From NCBI GenBank assembly GCA_009392815.1, contig VFFS01000089.1:7506-71505 (forward strand): 64,000 nucleotides of DNA. Reading direction: 5' to 3'. Positions within the stretch are counted from its first letter, which is position 1; the number at the start of each line of letters is the position of its first letter. The notes below the pieces were generated by a model, which saw only the letters and a program-made list of their open reading frames with translations, did not search any database and was not told the origin of the DNA. This document shows, one piece after another, positions 28,315 through 38,353 of this stretch. Source of the stretch: SAR202 cluster bacterium (lineage in GTDB: Bacteria > Chloroflexota > Dehalococcoidia > Lucifugimonadales > UBA826). A program made the translations under genes and the position numbers.

Positions 28315-30321
28315 TTAAGTTTGAGAGGATTCAAGGGATTTTTTTCCTGCTTCTAAAGTTTCTATAATTTTATCTACGTCGAAGACACATCCCCCCCATG
28401 TGCCTCCAGACGCATCCTGTAGCGCCGCCCACAAACGAGAGTCATCTGGGATTCGCTCATGTGGTTTCAGATCGTCTGGAGCTTGGCGGCGATTAAGTTC
28501 ATCTTGACCCCATAGTGCTCCTCGATTCTCCCCATTCTTTCCCACAAGATCTATCGTTCCTTCAAGATTTGTTCGATCAATAACGATATTCAACATATCA
28601 CCATCCTCTATCTTCCCGATGGGGCCGCCCGCTAAAGCTTCGGGTCCCACATGACCGATACAGGCTCCTGTAGATACACCGGAAAAACGCGCATCTGTAA
28701 TGAGAGCCACCTCTTTTCCATAGGAGAGGTGCTTCAAGGCAGCAGTTATCTGATAAACCTCCTCCATACCGGTCCCGAGTGGTCCACCACATTTAAGAAC
28801 CATTATTTCCCCTGATTTTATTCTGGCTGTTTCATCGCTACTCTTGATCGCCCTAATAGCTTCGTTTTCAGTTGTAAAGACCCTCGCAGGGCCTAAATTT
28901 CTATATACGCCATCATCATCAACAACTGATGGATCAATAGCCGTACTCTTTATTACCGACCCTTCAGGAGCAAGATTACCCATTGGGAACGTCACTGTAC
29001 TGGTCAATCCACTCTTCTTTGCTTCCGAAGGTGACATAATAACTTTCCCAGGATCAACCCCATTTTTCTGTCTTAACTGTTCTCTCACCTCATACCTGCG
29101 TTGTGAATTCTCCCACCAGTCGAGATTGTCGCCCAGAGATTGACCACTAACCGTAATGACAGACAAATCCAATAGGCCAAGTTCCCTTAAGTGAAGCATG
29201 ACTTCAGGGACTCCGCCCGCAGCATATAGCTCAGATGTTGGGTAACCGACTGGTCCGTTGGGGAGTACATCTACAATCCGCGGAGTCTCCTTGTTGATTT
29301 CGTTCCAGTCACTGACCTCCATTCTCTTCCGGCCAGCGGCATGGGCTATTGCAGGCAAATGCAACAATAGGTTTGTTGAGCCACCACATGCCGCATGTAC
29401 AAACATGGCATTTCTTAACGCGGCGTCTGTAATTATGTCGGCTGATAGTATTCCATTTTGTTCACAATGAACGAGAGCCCGAGCAGAACGTTTAGCTACG
29501 CTTAACCAAGCGTCAGTTCCGGAAGGGCTCAATGCGCTGTGTGTAATTGCAAGGCCAAGAGATTCAGCGATTACTTGCGAAGTACCTGCTGTTCCAAGGA
29601 AATGGCATCCGCCGCCAGGAGATGCACATGCTCTACACCCGACATCTTGCGCGTAATCCAATGTCACTTCCCCTTGAGCGAATCTAGCACCGATCGACTG
29701 GATCATCCCAGTATCTTCTCCATCTCTAACAGCCAAGGTTGACCCGCCAGGCACCGCAACCACAGGCAAATTTTTTAGACCTGCTAGTGCCATCATCATT
29801 GCGGGCAGACCCTTGTCGCAGGATGCGATTCCCAACACTCCTTTTGCACTAGGTAATGACCTCGCATGCCTACGAAATACTTGAGCAGCATCGTTTCGAT
29901 ATGGAAGCGAATCCATCATTCCGTCAGTTCCCTGTGTGCGTCCATCACACGGATCCGAACAATAAAGTGAAAATGGTATGGAGTTCAGTAATTTCAATTC
30001 CCTTGCAGCAGCTTCAACTTGAATCGAAAGTTCAAAATGTCCTGTATGTAAACCAAGAGCAATTGGTGAACCATCTTCTTCTCTAAGTCCACCCGAAGTT
30101 GATAAAATAAGGAAATTTTTCCTCAACAACTCTGCGGGGTTCCAGCCCATGCCGGCACCCTGACTCATGCCAAAATGAAATCCACTGGGTTGGTCGATGA
30201 GGATTTCCTCAGTAAATGGAAGAGTCCCTTTGGGGCCATCCGAATGAGTTTCAAAACTGTGGGTTCCATCTTCAGGAAAAAGAATATCTGCAGTAGAAAC
30301 AGTCTTTGAGTTATCTGACAT
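28315..30321 (-). CDS. IlvD/Edd-family dehydratase, YjhG/YagF (D-xylonate dehydratase) type
   Basis: 668 aa. [10 protein letters not shown] and [13 protein letters not shown] cluster-ligand motifs. N-terminus [36 protein letters not shown] resembles E. coli YjhG/YagF as I recall it. Confidence 0.82.
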   Translation of the reverse strand: MSDNSKTVSTADILFPEDGTHSFETHSDGPKGTLPFTEEILIDQPSGFHFGMSQGAGMGWNPAELLRKNFLILSTSGGLREEDGSPIALGLHTGHFELSIQVEAAARELKLLNSIPFSLYCSDPCDGRTQGTDGMMDSLPYRNDAAQVFRRHARSLPSAKGVLGIASCDKGLPAMMMALAGLKNLPVVAVPGGSTLAVRDGEDTGMIQSIGARFAQGEVTLDYAQDVGCRACASPGGGCHFLGTAGTSQVIAESLGLAITHSALSPSGTDAWLSVAKRSARALVHCEQNGILSADIITDAALRNAMFVHAACGGSTNLLLHLPAIAHAAGRKRMEVSDWNEINKETPRIVDVLPNGPVGYPTSELYAAGGVPEVMLHLRELGLLDLSVITVSGQSLGDNLDWWENSQRRYEVREQLRQKNGVDPGKVIMSPSEAKKSGLTSTVTFPMGNLAPEGSVIKSTAIDPSVVDDDGVYRNLGPARVFTTENEAIRAIKSSDETARIKSGEIMVLKCGGPLGTGMEEVYQITAALKHLSYGKEVALITDARFSGVSTGACIGHVGPEALAGGPIGKIEDGDMLNIVIDRTNLEGTIDLVGKNGENRGALWGQDELNRRQAPDDLKPHERIPDDSRLWAALQDASGGTWGGCVFDVDKIIETLEAGKKSLESSQT

Positions 30322-30398
30322 TTAATTCTCTCTTGTTAAAATCAATTTTATATAGCGTGATTCTATATCAGGATAGAAAAACAGGAGAAAAACCATTT

Positions 30399-31154
30399 AT
30401 GGACAACCCCAACATAGCTGGCTGGAGCGCTATGGCGCAAAAATATCAAAGCGAAAGTGATATTAGTACCCATGAGATACATATCTCCCCATTTGGGCCT
30501 GGTGCTTTAAGTCTAGGTTTAATTACACCGAAGGAGGGGGAGAAGTATTTGGAATTGGGTTGCGGTGCTGCCCAAAATTCCATTGCACTGGATAGACGTG
30601 GAGTAAACACATATGCGGTAGACGGTTCAGAAAAACAGTTGAAGAATGCTATATCGCTCATTTCTTCTTCAGGGGCACGTACTAAGCTTATTAAGAGTGA
30701 TCTAGAAAAGTTAGATTGGCTAAAACCACATGCATTTGACGGTGTCGTCAGTTGTTTTGCCGCCGAATTTGTAACAGATTTTGAAAAATTTATAGATTCT
30801 ATTTATTACACTCTAAAAGAGGGGGGAGTAATGCTACTAGCAACAGTACATCCCTTAGGGGCTTTTGAGTGGGATGAATTGGAAGGTTATTTGAGAGTAA
30901 ATGACTACCTGAATCCCCCAGTGGAAATATGGAATGAGCAAATCAACTCTGATGAGAGTGCTCTAACAATATTTAGAACTCTTGAAGATATGTACTCTGT
31001 TTTAATTTCATATGGCTTTACAGTAGAAAGTATTCTGGAGCCGACTCCGCTTGAAGACCCTCTTCAAAGCCCCTACAAGGGAAGATATTGGGAACCCTAT
31101 TTACAAAGATTCAAAAAAATACCATTTTCATTAGTATTTACAGCAAGAAAATAG
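30399..31154 (+). CDS. Class I SAM-dependent methyltransferase
   Basis: Motif I YLELGCGAAQN, then FDGVVSCFA and LKEGGVMLL. ATG 30399 has AGGAG 11 nt upstream; the longer ORF-track start overlaps the divergent dehydratase gene. Confidence 0.75.
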   Translation: MDNPNIAGWSAMAQKYQSESDISTHEIHISPFGPGALSLGLITPKEGEKYLELGCGAAQNSIALDRRGVNTYAVDGSEKQLKNAISLISSSGARTKLIKSDLEKLDWLKPHAFDGVVSCFAAEFVTDFEKFIDSIYYTLKEGGVMLLATVHPLGAFEWDELEGYLRVNDYLNPPVEIWNEQINSDESALTIFRTLEDMYSVLISYGFTVESILEPTPLEDPLQSPYKGRYWEPYLQRFKKIPFSLVFTARK

Positions 31155-31169
31155 TTTACAGAGCAAGGT

Positions 31170-31373
31170 TCAGCCTCCCCCAATAGCCCTCACAACCTCC
31201 ATGGAATCTCCATCTTGTAATTGAGTTTCAACGTATTGATCTTTGGAAATAATCTCTCCGTTAATAGCTACTGCTATGCTCACCTGTTCGTCAAAACCTA
31301 TTGAAGCAAGATATTCAATAACCGACATTGATCCATCAAGCATAGTTTCTTTTCCATTAATAATTAACCGCAT
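31170..31373 (-). CDS. thiS: Sulfur carrier protein ThiS
   Basis: 67 aa from ATG 31373 (MRLIINGKE..), ending in ..VVRAIGGG (C-terminal Gly-Gly). The ATG lies 1 nt after the thiE TAA. Confidence 0.85.
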   Translation of the reverse strand: MRLIINGKETMLDGSMSVIEYLASIGFDEQVSIAVAINGEIISKDQYVETQLQDGDSMEVVRAIGGG

Positions 31374-31374
31374 A

Positions 31375-31998
31375 TTATTCTTCCATTTTTTCACGCATGG
31401 CTGTCATTAACTCAGAAGCTGCTAATCGAGGATCAGGAGCAGCCAGAATAGCAGAAATAACAGCCACACCATTCGCACCTAACTCGATAAGCCCACCCGC
31501 ATTAGAGGCATTAATACCTCCTATCGCACAAAATGGTATGGAGAGGCGCCTATTGCACTCACACAATATATCGGTTCCTACAGGGTTTCCTCCTGGGTGA
31601 CTTTCTGTAGAAAATATGGAACCAACTATGACATATTTGGCACCTTTTTGCTGGGCAAGTGTGGCCGATTCACAAGAGTGCACAGAAAACCCAAACGAAT
31701 CTATGTTAGTAGTGGATATATCCAGTTGAGACTCAGGCAAATGTAGAAAATCTACTCCTGATATATGACTTGCTTCCACGCTGGAATTAACGGCTATCTG
31801 AGCACGCCCGTTAACCACTTCGATTATATCCAGAACCAAACTCTCAAGCTCATCTTGATGCAAGGTTTTTTCCCTTACTTGCACGAGGTTAACCCCACCC
31901 AAAACAGACTCGTCTATTATTTTTAATAAATTATCTTTTCCTACCTTGTTCAAGTCAGTCACAAGACAAAGAGTCGGGTATGCTAAGGTCTCTGACAC
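31375..31998 (-). CDS. thiE: Thiamine-phosphate synthase
   Basis: LCLVTD, LVQVREK and AIGGINASNAG motifs. The ORF-track start (32097) overlaps thiG by 95 nt. GTG 31998, 4 nt after the thiG stop, is more plausible, but the start is uncertain. Confidence 0.82.
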   Translation of the reverse strand: MSETLAYPTLCLVTDLNKVGKDNLLKIIDESVLGGVNLVQVREKTLHQDELESLVLDIIEVVNGRAQIAVNSSVEASHISGVDFLHLPESQLDISTTNIDSFGFSVHSCESATLAQQKGAKYVIVGSIFSTESHPGGNPVGTDILCECNRRLSIPFCAIGGINASNAGGLIELGANGVAVISAILAAPDPRLAASELMTAMREKMEE

Positions 31999-32002
31999 CT
32001 TA

Positions 32003-32773
32003 CTAAGAAGCGCCAGCCCCTGGACTACTGTCAACTGCGGATGAACGTATAGGAATTCTTCCCGCAAGATATGCTTCTCTTCCCGCTTGCACCCCAAGTT
32101 TAAATGCTCTACCCATACGTTCAGGATCTGGTGACTGTGCGATAGCTGTGTTCACCAATACAGCGTCCGCTCCTGCTTCAAACGCTTGAGATGCATCTGA
32201 TGGAACAGCAAGGCCGGCGTCCACCACTACTGGGACTCCCGCTTCCTCAATAATCAATCTGATTTCTTCCATCGTAAGAATCCCTTGACCCGTTCCAATG
32301 GATGATCCCAAAGGCATCACTGTAGCGCAACCTATATCGCACAAACGGGCCGCCAGCACAGGATCAGCGTGAATATATGGCAATACAGTGAAACCATCCT
32401 TTATTAGCTCTACGGCGGCCTCGTAGGTTCCCACAGGATCTGGAAGTAAGTGCTTTGGATTTGGAATAACTTCCAATTTAACCCAGTCTGATCCAGTGAC
32501 TTCCCTACCAAGTCTTGCTGTAAGCACTGCCTGTTCCGCAGTAGCACTACCTGCTGTGTTCGGTAACACCGTGTATTTGCTCCAATCAAAGTAATCTAAA
32601 ATGGTTTTTTCGTTGGGTTTGGATAGATCCAACCTACCTATCGCAACGGTAATTATCTCTGCTTCAGAGGCAGTTATAGAAGAAACCATTTCCTCCATAC
32701 TCCTGTGACGCCCAGTCCCAACCATTAACCTCGAATTAAATGTTTTGTCGGCAATTCTCAGCAGGTCTGTCAT
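32003..32773 (-). CDS. thiG: Thiazole synthase
   Basis: FNSRLMVGTG, VKLEVIPNPKHLLPDP (Schiff-base Lys region), MPLGSSIGTGQGI, VVVDAGL. ATG 32773 chosen because the upstream ORF extension runs through the riboswitch expression platform. Confidence 0.93.
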   Translation of the reverse strand: MTDLLRIADKTFNSRLMVGTGRHRSMEEMVSSITASEAEIITVAIGRLDLSKPNEKTILDYFDWSKYTVLPNTAGSATAEQAVLTARLGREVTGSDWVKLEVIPNPKHLLPDPVGTYEAAVELIKDGFTVLPYIHADPVLAARLCDIGCATVMPLGSSIGTGQGILTMEEIRLIIEEAGVPVVVDAGLAVPSDASQAFEAGADAVLVNTAIAQSPDPERMGRAFKLGVQAGREAYLAGRIPIRSSAVDSSPGAGAS

Positions 32774-32797
32774 ACTCTTGCTCACTGTCCTTGTTTC

Positions 32798-32824
32798 AAG
32801 ATAACACCCTCCATAAGGCGGGTG
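32798..32824 (-). terminator. Candidate attenuator hairpin of the TPP riboswitch expression platform
   Basis: On the minus strand: CACCCGCC-UUAU-GGAGGGUG (8-bp stem, one mismatch) followed by UUAUCUU. Lies between the aptamer and the thiG start. Confidence 0.35.
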
Positions 32825-32837
32825 GATGCTGATAAAA

Positions 32838-32926
32838 GTCATTCCCTACGCTAGCATTACCCAGTTCAGGTGACGGGTCGGCAAAATTAATTACCCTCTC
32901 AGCAGGCTTCAAGCTCCCCGATCTCG
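32838..32926 (-). promoter_or_regulatory. TPP (THI-box) riboswitch aptamer upstream of thiG-thiE-thiS
   Basis: The minus strand reads CGGGGAGC..CUGCUGAGAGGGUAAUUAAUUUUGCCGACCCGUCACCUGAACUGGGUAAUGCUAGCGUAGGGA. This parallels the E. coli thiM aptamer (CGGGGUGC..CUGAGA..ACCCGUAUCACCUGAUCUGGAUAAUGCCAGCGUAGGGA). Confidence 0.87.
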
Positions 32927-33042
32927 AAGCATTATATAACTACTAGGTCCAACAGTTAAAATAGCAACAACTCCAAGGTATCAATAAAGCCACATATTAG
33001 TTACTATCAAGACCCTAGCTAACCTACATATCTATATCTAGA

Positions 33043-33531
33043 TTGTGGTTACACCAGACGCAAGGTGCAATTGTGAAAAGACATTTTACAGCCAGCGCAT
33101 ACGTAGTAAAAGATAGAAAAATTCTCCTTCACCACCACGAAAAAGTTGGTCTGGTGCTACCACCTGGTGGACATGTAGAGCCAAATGAGACCCCCGCTGA
33201 GTCCGCTATAAGAGAAGTCGAGGAGGAAACAGGCTTTAAGGTCAAAATTATTAAGTCCGGCAGCGATTCTGATTATATCGCGCCCAGAACCACCCCAAAT
33301 CCCCGTCTGATCCAAATCGAGGACATAGATGATCCAATAGAAGGGCCACATCAACACATAGATTTCATTTTTTACTGCTCTCCAACCGAACCAAATCCCC
33401 AGCCAGACGGTTGGTACTGGTTTTCTATAAAAGACCTAAAAGCAGGAATCGTAGACAATAGGGGAAATTTATTGCTACCGCCAGAAGACGTCGTAGAATT
33501 GGGCACAGAAGCAATTAGGACAGGCTGTTGA
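33043..33531 (+). CDS. NUDIX hydrolase
   Basis: Nudix box GGHVEPNETPAESAIREVEEETG (GX5EX7REUXEEXGU). 162-aa ORF; exact start uncertain. Confidence 0.85.
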   Translation: MWLHQTQGAIVKRHFTASAYVVKDRKILLHHHEKVGLVLPPGGHVEPNETPAESAIREVEEETGFKVKIIKSGSDSDYIAPRTTPNPRLIQIEDIDDPIEGPHQHIDFIFYCSPTEPNPQPDGWYWFSIKDLKAGIVDNRGNLLLPPEDVVELGTEAIRTGC

Positions 33532-33620
33532 GGAAAAAGGGGCTAAGCTCGAATTACTTCTGAGTTATCATGTAACGTCTAATTTTCAAAATTGGCCAAA
33601 ATAACAGGAAAGGGGAAAAA

Positions 33621-34682
33621 ATGGGAAGTCATCGCATCGCCGTTATAAGGGGAGATGGAATTGGTATAGAAGTCGTTGAAGAAGGATTGAAAGTACTAAA
33701 ATCTGTTTCAGAGAATCATCCTTTCGAATTGGAGGTGGACGAATTTCCCTGGGGCTCTGACTATTACAAGGCTAATGGGTCAATGATGCCAAGTGACGCC
33801 TTGGATACCCTCTCTACTTATGACGCGATCTTTCTAGGGGCAGTTGGACACCCAGACATTCAGGACCATATAACCCTAAATGGATTATTACTACCCATAA
33901 GGCGGAAATTCGATCAATATGTTTGTGAGAGACCAAGCATTTTGTATCCAGGTATCGATTCTCCTCTTTCCGGTAAAAAACCATTTGACATTGACATGGT
34001 GGTAATCCGTGAAAATACTGAAGGGGAATATGCAAATGTCGGTGGGTTTCAATACATGGACTTCCCCGAAGAAGTCGGTATCCAAACGGGAGTATTCACC
34101 AGAAAAGGATGCGAACGAGTGATCAGATATTCTTTTGAACTTGCCAGACGGCGCAACAAGAAGAATCACTTGACATCTATAACAAAATCCAACGCTCAGG
34201 GATATGGAATGATAGTTTGGGATCGGGCCTTTGAAAGAATTGCGTCCGAATATCCGGATATACAGACAGACTCTTTACTTATCGACGCAGCCGCTATGGA
34301 TTTCATACGTAAACCTGAAGTGTTCGATGTGGTAGTAGGAAGCAATTTGTTCGGGGACATTCTCACAGATATAGGGGCGATCATTACCGGAAGTATGGGG
34401 CTTGCATCTAGCGCCAATTTAGACCCAGACGGACGTTACCCATCTATGTTCGAACCGGTGCATGGGAGTGCTCCAGATATTATGGGACAAGGAGTTGCAA
34501 ATCCCATGGCTCAGGTCCTCACGGGTGCTATGATGTTGAGGCATCTTGGGGAAGAAACTGCAGCAGGCGAAGTAGAAACCGCCGTTCAAAAATTACTAAC
34601 TGAGGGAGAAATACTTACACCCGATCTCGGAGGGACATCATCCACGGATTCAGTTGGTACTGCAATTGCAAACGCACTTTGA
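33621..34682 (+). CDS. Tartrate/D-malate dehydrogenase-like member of the isocitrate/isopropylmalate dehydrogenase family
   Basis: 353 aa. RIAVIRGDGIGIEV, REN(T)EGEY and NLFGDILTDIGA motifs. Length and N-terminus resemble TtuC/DmlA-type enzymes rather than LeuB. Confidence 0.78.
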   Translation: MGSHRIAVIRGDGIGIEVVEEGLKVLKSVSENHPFELEVDEFPWGSDYYKANGSMMPSDALDTLSTYDAIFLGAVGHPDIQDHITLNGLLLPIRRKFDQYVCERPSILYPGIDSPLSGKKPFDIDMVVIRENTEGEYANVGGFQYMDFPEEVGIQTGVFTRKGCERVIRYSFELARRRNKKNHLTSITKSNAQGYGMIVWDRAFERIASEYPDIQTDSLLIDAAAMDFIRKPEVFDVVVGSNLFGDILTDIGAIITGSMGLASSANLDPDGRYPSMFEPVHGSAPDIMGQGVANPMAQVLTGAMMLRHLGEETAAGEVETAVQKLLTEGEILTPDLGGTSSTDSVGTAIANAL

Positions 34683-34734
34683 ATTGAAGATCACACCATA
34701 ACCTAAAAAGGAAGTAGGTCGACCGAAAACACAG

Positions 34735-37197
34735 ATGTTATCAGTAAAAGCAATCGAAACCCGTTTTCCTCACGAGGAAATAGAGGAAAAATGGCAGAGT
34801 ATATGGGAAACCTCTGAAATATATAAAGTCGATGATGATGATCCGAGGCCCAAATGGTATGAAGTAACAATGTATCCGTACCCATCGGGCGACCTGCATG
34901 TCGGGCATTGGTTTGCAATGAGTGGGGCTGATATTCATGCCAGATTTCGGAGGATGCAAGGATTTAACGTTTTGCATCCAATGGGTTTTGATGCTTTTGG
35001 CTTAAACGCAGAAAATGCAGCCATTGAAAGAGGAATACATCCTCACACATGGACCATGTCCAATATTGAAAGAATGAGAGGCCAGCTAAAAACTCTTGGA
35101 CCCATGTATGACTGGAATAGAGAGGTAATAACCTGTCTCCCGGAATATTACCGCTGGAACCAGTGGTTTTTCCTAAAATTTTTTGAAAAGGGTCTGGCCT
35201 ACAGGGCAAATGCACCAGTAAATTGGTGCCCTTCTTGCGTGACCGTCCTTGCAAATGAGCAGGTAGTTGATGGTCTCTGCGAACGATGTGATACTCCAGT
35301 AACACAGAGGGATATGAATCAGTGGTTTTTAAAAATCACTGATTACGCTGAAGAACTTCTAGACCAATCCAATATTTCCTGGCCAGAACGCATAAAAACA
35401 ATGCAGACAAATTGGATTGGAAAGAGTCAAGGAGTCGAATTTGAATTTGATATTTCAGAATACGGTTTGGAAAGCGACTCCCTCGTAACATTTACCACCA
35501 GAATAGATACCGTCTTCGGAGTTACATTCGTCGTAATGGCACCAGAACATCCGCTAGTTGCCCAACTTACTACGGCAGATAAGAAGGAGGAGGTACAAGA
35601 CTACATCGCCACGTCAAGGCTTTCGTCTGAAATTGAAAGACTGGCGACAGATCGAGAAAAGACCGGGGTTTTCCTCGGGAGCTATTGCGTTAACAAACTC
35701 AACGGAGAAAGAGTACCGATCCTCATAGGGGATTACGTACTACACAGCTACGGTACTGGCGTCGTTATGGGTGTACCGGCTCACGACGAGCGAGACTTCA
35801 TATTTGCAAAAAAATATGACCTATCTATAAGGGTGGTCGTTGCACCAAAAGATTTTTGTGAAGGACAAGATCTCTCCGAGGCTCACATAGGTGAGGGTGT
35901 AATAGTTAACTCAGATGACTTCAACGGATTAAGTAATCTCGAAGCGAAAGACTCAATAGCTGATCGCATTGAAATGATGGGTCTAGGAACCCGAAAAATA
36001 AATTACAGAATGCGCGACTGGCTAATCTCCAGACAACGCTACTGGGGCACACCTATTCCGTTTATCCACTGTCCAGATTGCGGTACCGTGCCAGTGCAAT
36101 ATTCAGAATTACCCGTAATCCTTCCAGAAGACGCTGAGTTTTTGCCTACTGGAGAGTCTCCGCTTGCCCTGCATGAGGAATTTGTAAACACAAATTGTCC
36201 GGAGTGTGGAAAGGCAGCAAAGCGAGAGACAGACACAATGGATACCTTTGTCGATTCATCATGGTATTTTCTTCGCTATGCCAGTCCAAACTTCGAAGAG
36301 GGTCCGTTTGACCCAAGAATAGCTAGCTTATGGAACCCAGTGCACCAATACACAGGCGGCGTAGAACACGCAGTCATGCATTTGCTTTATTCACGTTTTT
36401 TTGTGAAAGCAGCTAGAGATCTTGATCTGATTGATTTTGATGAACCTTTTCAGAGGTTATTTAATCAAGGAACCATCATTTACAAGGGCAGTAAAATGAG
36501 TAAATCAAGGGGCAATGTTATAGCTCCTGATGATTACGTAAAGGCGGTGGGGGCAGATGTAGTTAGGACATATCTAATGTTTATTGGCCCCTGGGACCAA
36601 GGAGGCGAGTGGAGCGACTCAGGAATAAATGGTGCGGCCCGTTGGTTAAATCGGGTATGGGACATTGCCCACCTACCGGACCCAACGCTTAATGAATGTG
36701 AATCAGGTGATAGGAAAATCGATAGGTTCATACACAGAACTATTCAGAGAGTCACAGATGACATCGATCGTTTCAAATACAATACAGCGATATCATCTTT
36801 GATGGAATTTACTAATCAGCTTTCATCCGCTCACTCGACTGAATCTATCTCCGTAAGCAAATGGAAAGAGTCAATCAAGTATCTTCTAATCTTGATGTCA
36901 CCCATAACGCCCCATATAACCGAGGAGCTTTGGGAAAAATCTGGAAATGACTACAGCATACATAACCAGGAATGGCCTAAGTTTAAAGAGCATCTTCTCA
37001 TTGATGAAGAAATCACCCTCGTTGTACAAGTTAACGGAAAAGTACGAGATAAGATTGCAGCACCTGCAGAGATAAATCAGGAGGGAGCCGAAAAAATGGC
37101 CCTGTCCAGTAGTCGGGTCATTACACATATCGGTGACCAAACTGTCCGAAAAATCATTTACATACCAGGCAAACTAATAAATATCGTCGCAAACTGA
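34735..37197 (+). CDS. leuS: Leucine--tRNA ligase
   Basis: 820 aa. HIGH motif (GDLHVGHW), KMSKS ([10 protein letters not shown]), CP1 editing domain and Zn-type Cys clusters. Confidence 0.96.
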   Translation: MLSVKAIETRFPHEEIEEKWQSIWETSEIYKVDDDDPRPKWYEVTMYPYPSGDLHVGHWFAMSGADIHARFRRMQGFNVLHPMGFDAFGLNAENAAIERGIHPHTWTMSNIERMRGQLKTLGPMYDWNREVITCLPEYYRWNQWFFLKFFEKGLAYRANAPVNWCPSCVTVLANEQVVDGLCERCDTPVTQRDMNQWFLKITDYAEELLDQSNISWPERIKTMQTNWIGKSQGVEFEFDISEYGLESDSLVTFTTRIDTVFGVTFVVMAPEHPLVAQLTTADKKEEVQDYIATSRLSSEIERLATDREKTGVFLGSYCVNKLNGERVPILIGDYVLHSYGTGVVMGVPAHDERDFIFAKKYDLSIRVVVAPKDFCEGQDLSEAHIGEGVIVNSDDFNGLSNLEAKDSIADRIEMMGLGTRKINYRMRDWLISRQRYWGTPIPFIHCPDCGTVPVQYSELPVILPEDAEFLPTGESPLALHEEFVNTNCPECGKAAKRETDTMDTFVDSSWYFLRYASPNFEEGPFDPRIASLWNPVHQYTGGVEHAVMHLLYSRFFVKAARDLDLIDFDEPFQRLFNQGTIIYKGSKMSKSRGNVIAPDDYVKAVGADVVRTYLMFIGPWDQGGEWSDSGINGAARWLNRVWDIAHLPDPTLNECESGDRKIDRFIHRTIQRVTDDIDRFKYNTAISSLMEFTNQLSSAHSTESISVSKWKESIKYLLILMSPITPHITEELWEKSGNDYSIHNQEWPKFKEHLLIDEEITLVVQVNGKVRDKIAAPAEINQEGAEKMALSSSRVITHIGDQTVRKIIYIPGKLINIVAN

Positions 37198-37214
37198 AGG
37201 AGAATAACAAATCC

Positions 37215-38306
37215 ATGAGAGCATCAATAGCGGTTTTACCAGGTGACGGCATAGGACCAGATGTTGTCGCCGAGTCGATAAAAGTTCTACATGCGATATC
37301 CGATCGATTTGGGCATGAATTCTCATTGCAAACCGCGGAAATAGGCGGAGGATCAATTGATAAATATGGTGACCCGCTGCCCAGTCAAACGATTGAGGTC
37401 TGCAACGATTCCGACGCGATACTTTTCGGCGCAGTCGGAGGGCCAAAATGGGATGATCCGTCAAACAACGTCAGACCAGAAGACGGTATACTGGCAATCC
37501 GAAAATCTCTTGGGCTCTTTGCCAACCTACGCCCTGTAAAAGTATATCCTTCTCTAATCAACTCAAGTCCTCTCAAACCTGAATATTTGAAGGGAGTCGA
37601 TATGTTGGTACTGCGAGAACTAACAGGAGGCCTGTATTTCGGCAAACCAAAAAGGCGCTGGAATACAAGTCGAGGAAGAAGAGGGGTGGATACGCTCAAG
37701 TATACCGAAAGCGAGATCGAACGTATTCTGAGAGTGGGATTTGAACTCGCAATGGGTAGAAGAAAAAAATTAGCATCAGTGGACAAACAAAATGTGCTTG
37801 AATCATCCAGGCTATGGCGAGAAATTGCCGTGGAGGTATCTTACGAATATCCAGAGGTAGAGCTCGAACACATTCTAGTGGATAATGCGGCCATGCAGTT
37901 AATAAGAAATCCAGCAGATTTTGACGTCATTGTATCGGAAAATACCTTCGGCGATATTCTTACAGATGAAGCTTCAGTCCTTTCTGGCTCCATGGGAATG
38001 CTCCCTTCGGCAAGCCTATCAACTCTTCCTGGAAAGAAGAGAAGTAAAAGGGTAAGTCTATACGAACCTATTCATGGAAGTGCTCCAGACATTGCTGGTA
38101 AGGGAATAGCAAACCCAATCGGCTCCATTCTTAGTACGGCGATGATGCTGCGCCTGTCCTTTGGCATGGTTGAGGAGGCTGACGCCATTGAAACGGCGGT
38201 AGACTCTGTCCTCTCCGAAGGCTATCGCACTGCTGATATCTCGGGGGATGGAGAAGATGTAGTTGGGACCACACACATGGGGGACGTAATAGCGGGACAA
38301 ATCTGA
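37215..38306 (+). CDS. leuB: 3-isopropylmalate dehydrogenase
   Basis: 363 aa. [64 protein letters not shown]. Confidence 0.93.
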   Translation: MRASIAVLPGDGIGPDVVAESIKVLHAISDRFGHEFSLQTAEIGGGSIDKYGDPLPSQTIEVCNDSDAILFGAVGGPKWDDPSNNVRPEDGILAIRKSLGLFANLRPVKVYPSLINSSPLKPEYLKGVDMLVLRELTGGLYFGKPKRRWNTSRGRRGVDTLKYTESEIERILRVGFELAMGRRKKLASVDKQNVLESSRLWREIAVEVSYEYPEVELEHILVDNAAMQLIRNPADFDVIVSENTFGDILTDEASVLSGSMGMLPSASLSTLPGKKRSKRVSLYEPIHGSAPDIAGKGIANPIGSILSTAMMLRLSFGMVEEADAIETAVDSVLSEGYRTADISGDGEDVVGTTHMGDVIAGQI

Positions 38307-38353
38307 ATACGAATGGATATATCCCGCTATCTCATGATCAAAACAACAGGTTT

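Noticed and set aside
31999-32097. Upstream extension of thiE overlapping thiG by 95 nt
   Set aside because: The extra residues precede the conserved ThiE start (..LCLVTD), and a GTG lies 4 nt after the thiG stop. The longest-ORF start is probably an artefact, though the true start remains uncertain.
32774-32842. 23-codon 5' extension of thiG from ATG 32842
   Set aside because: The extension begins immediately after the TPP aptamer and reads through the attenuator hairpin. ThiG homologues start a few residues before ..F.SRL..GTG, which matches ATG 32773.
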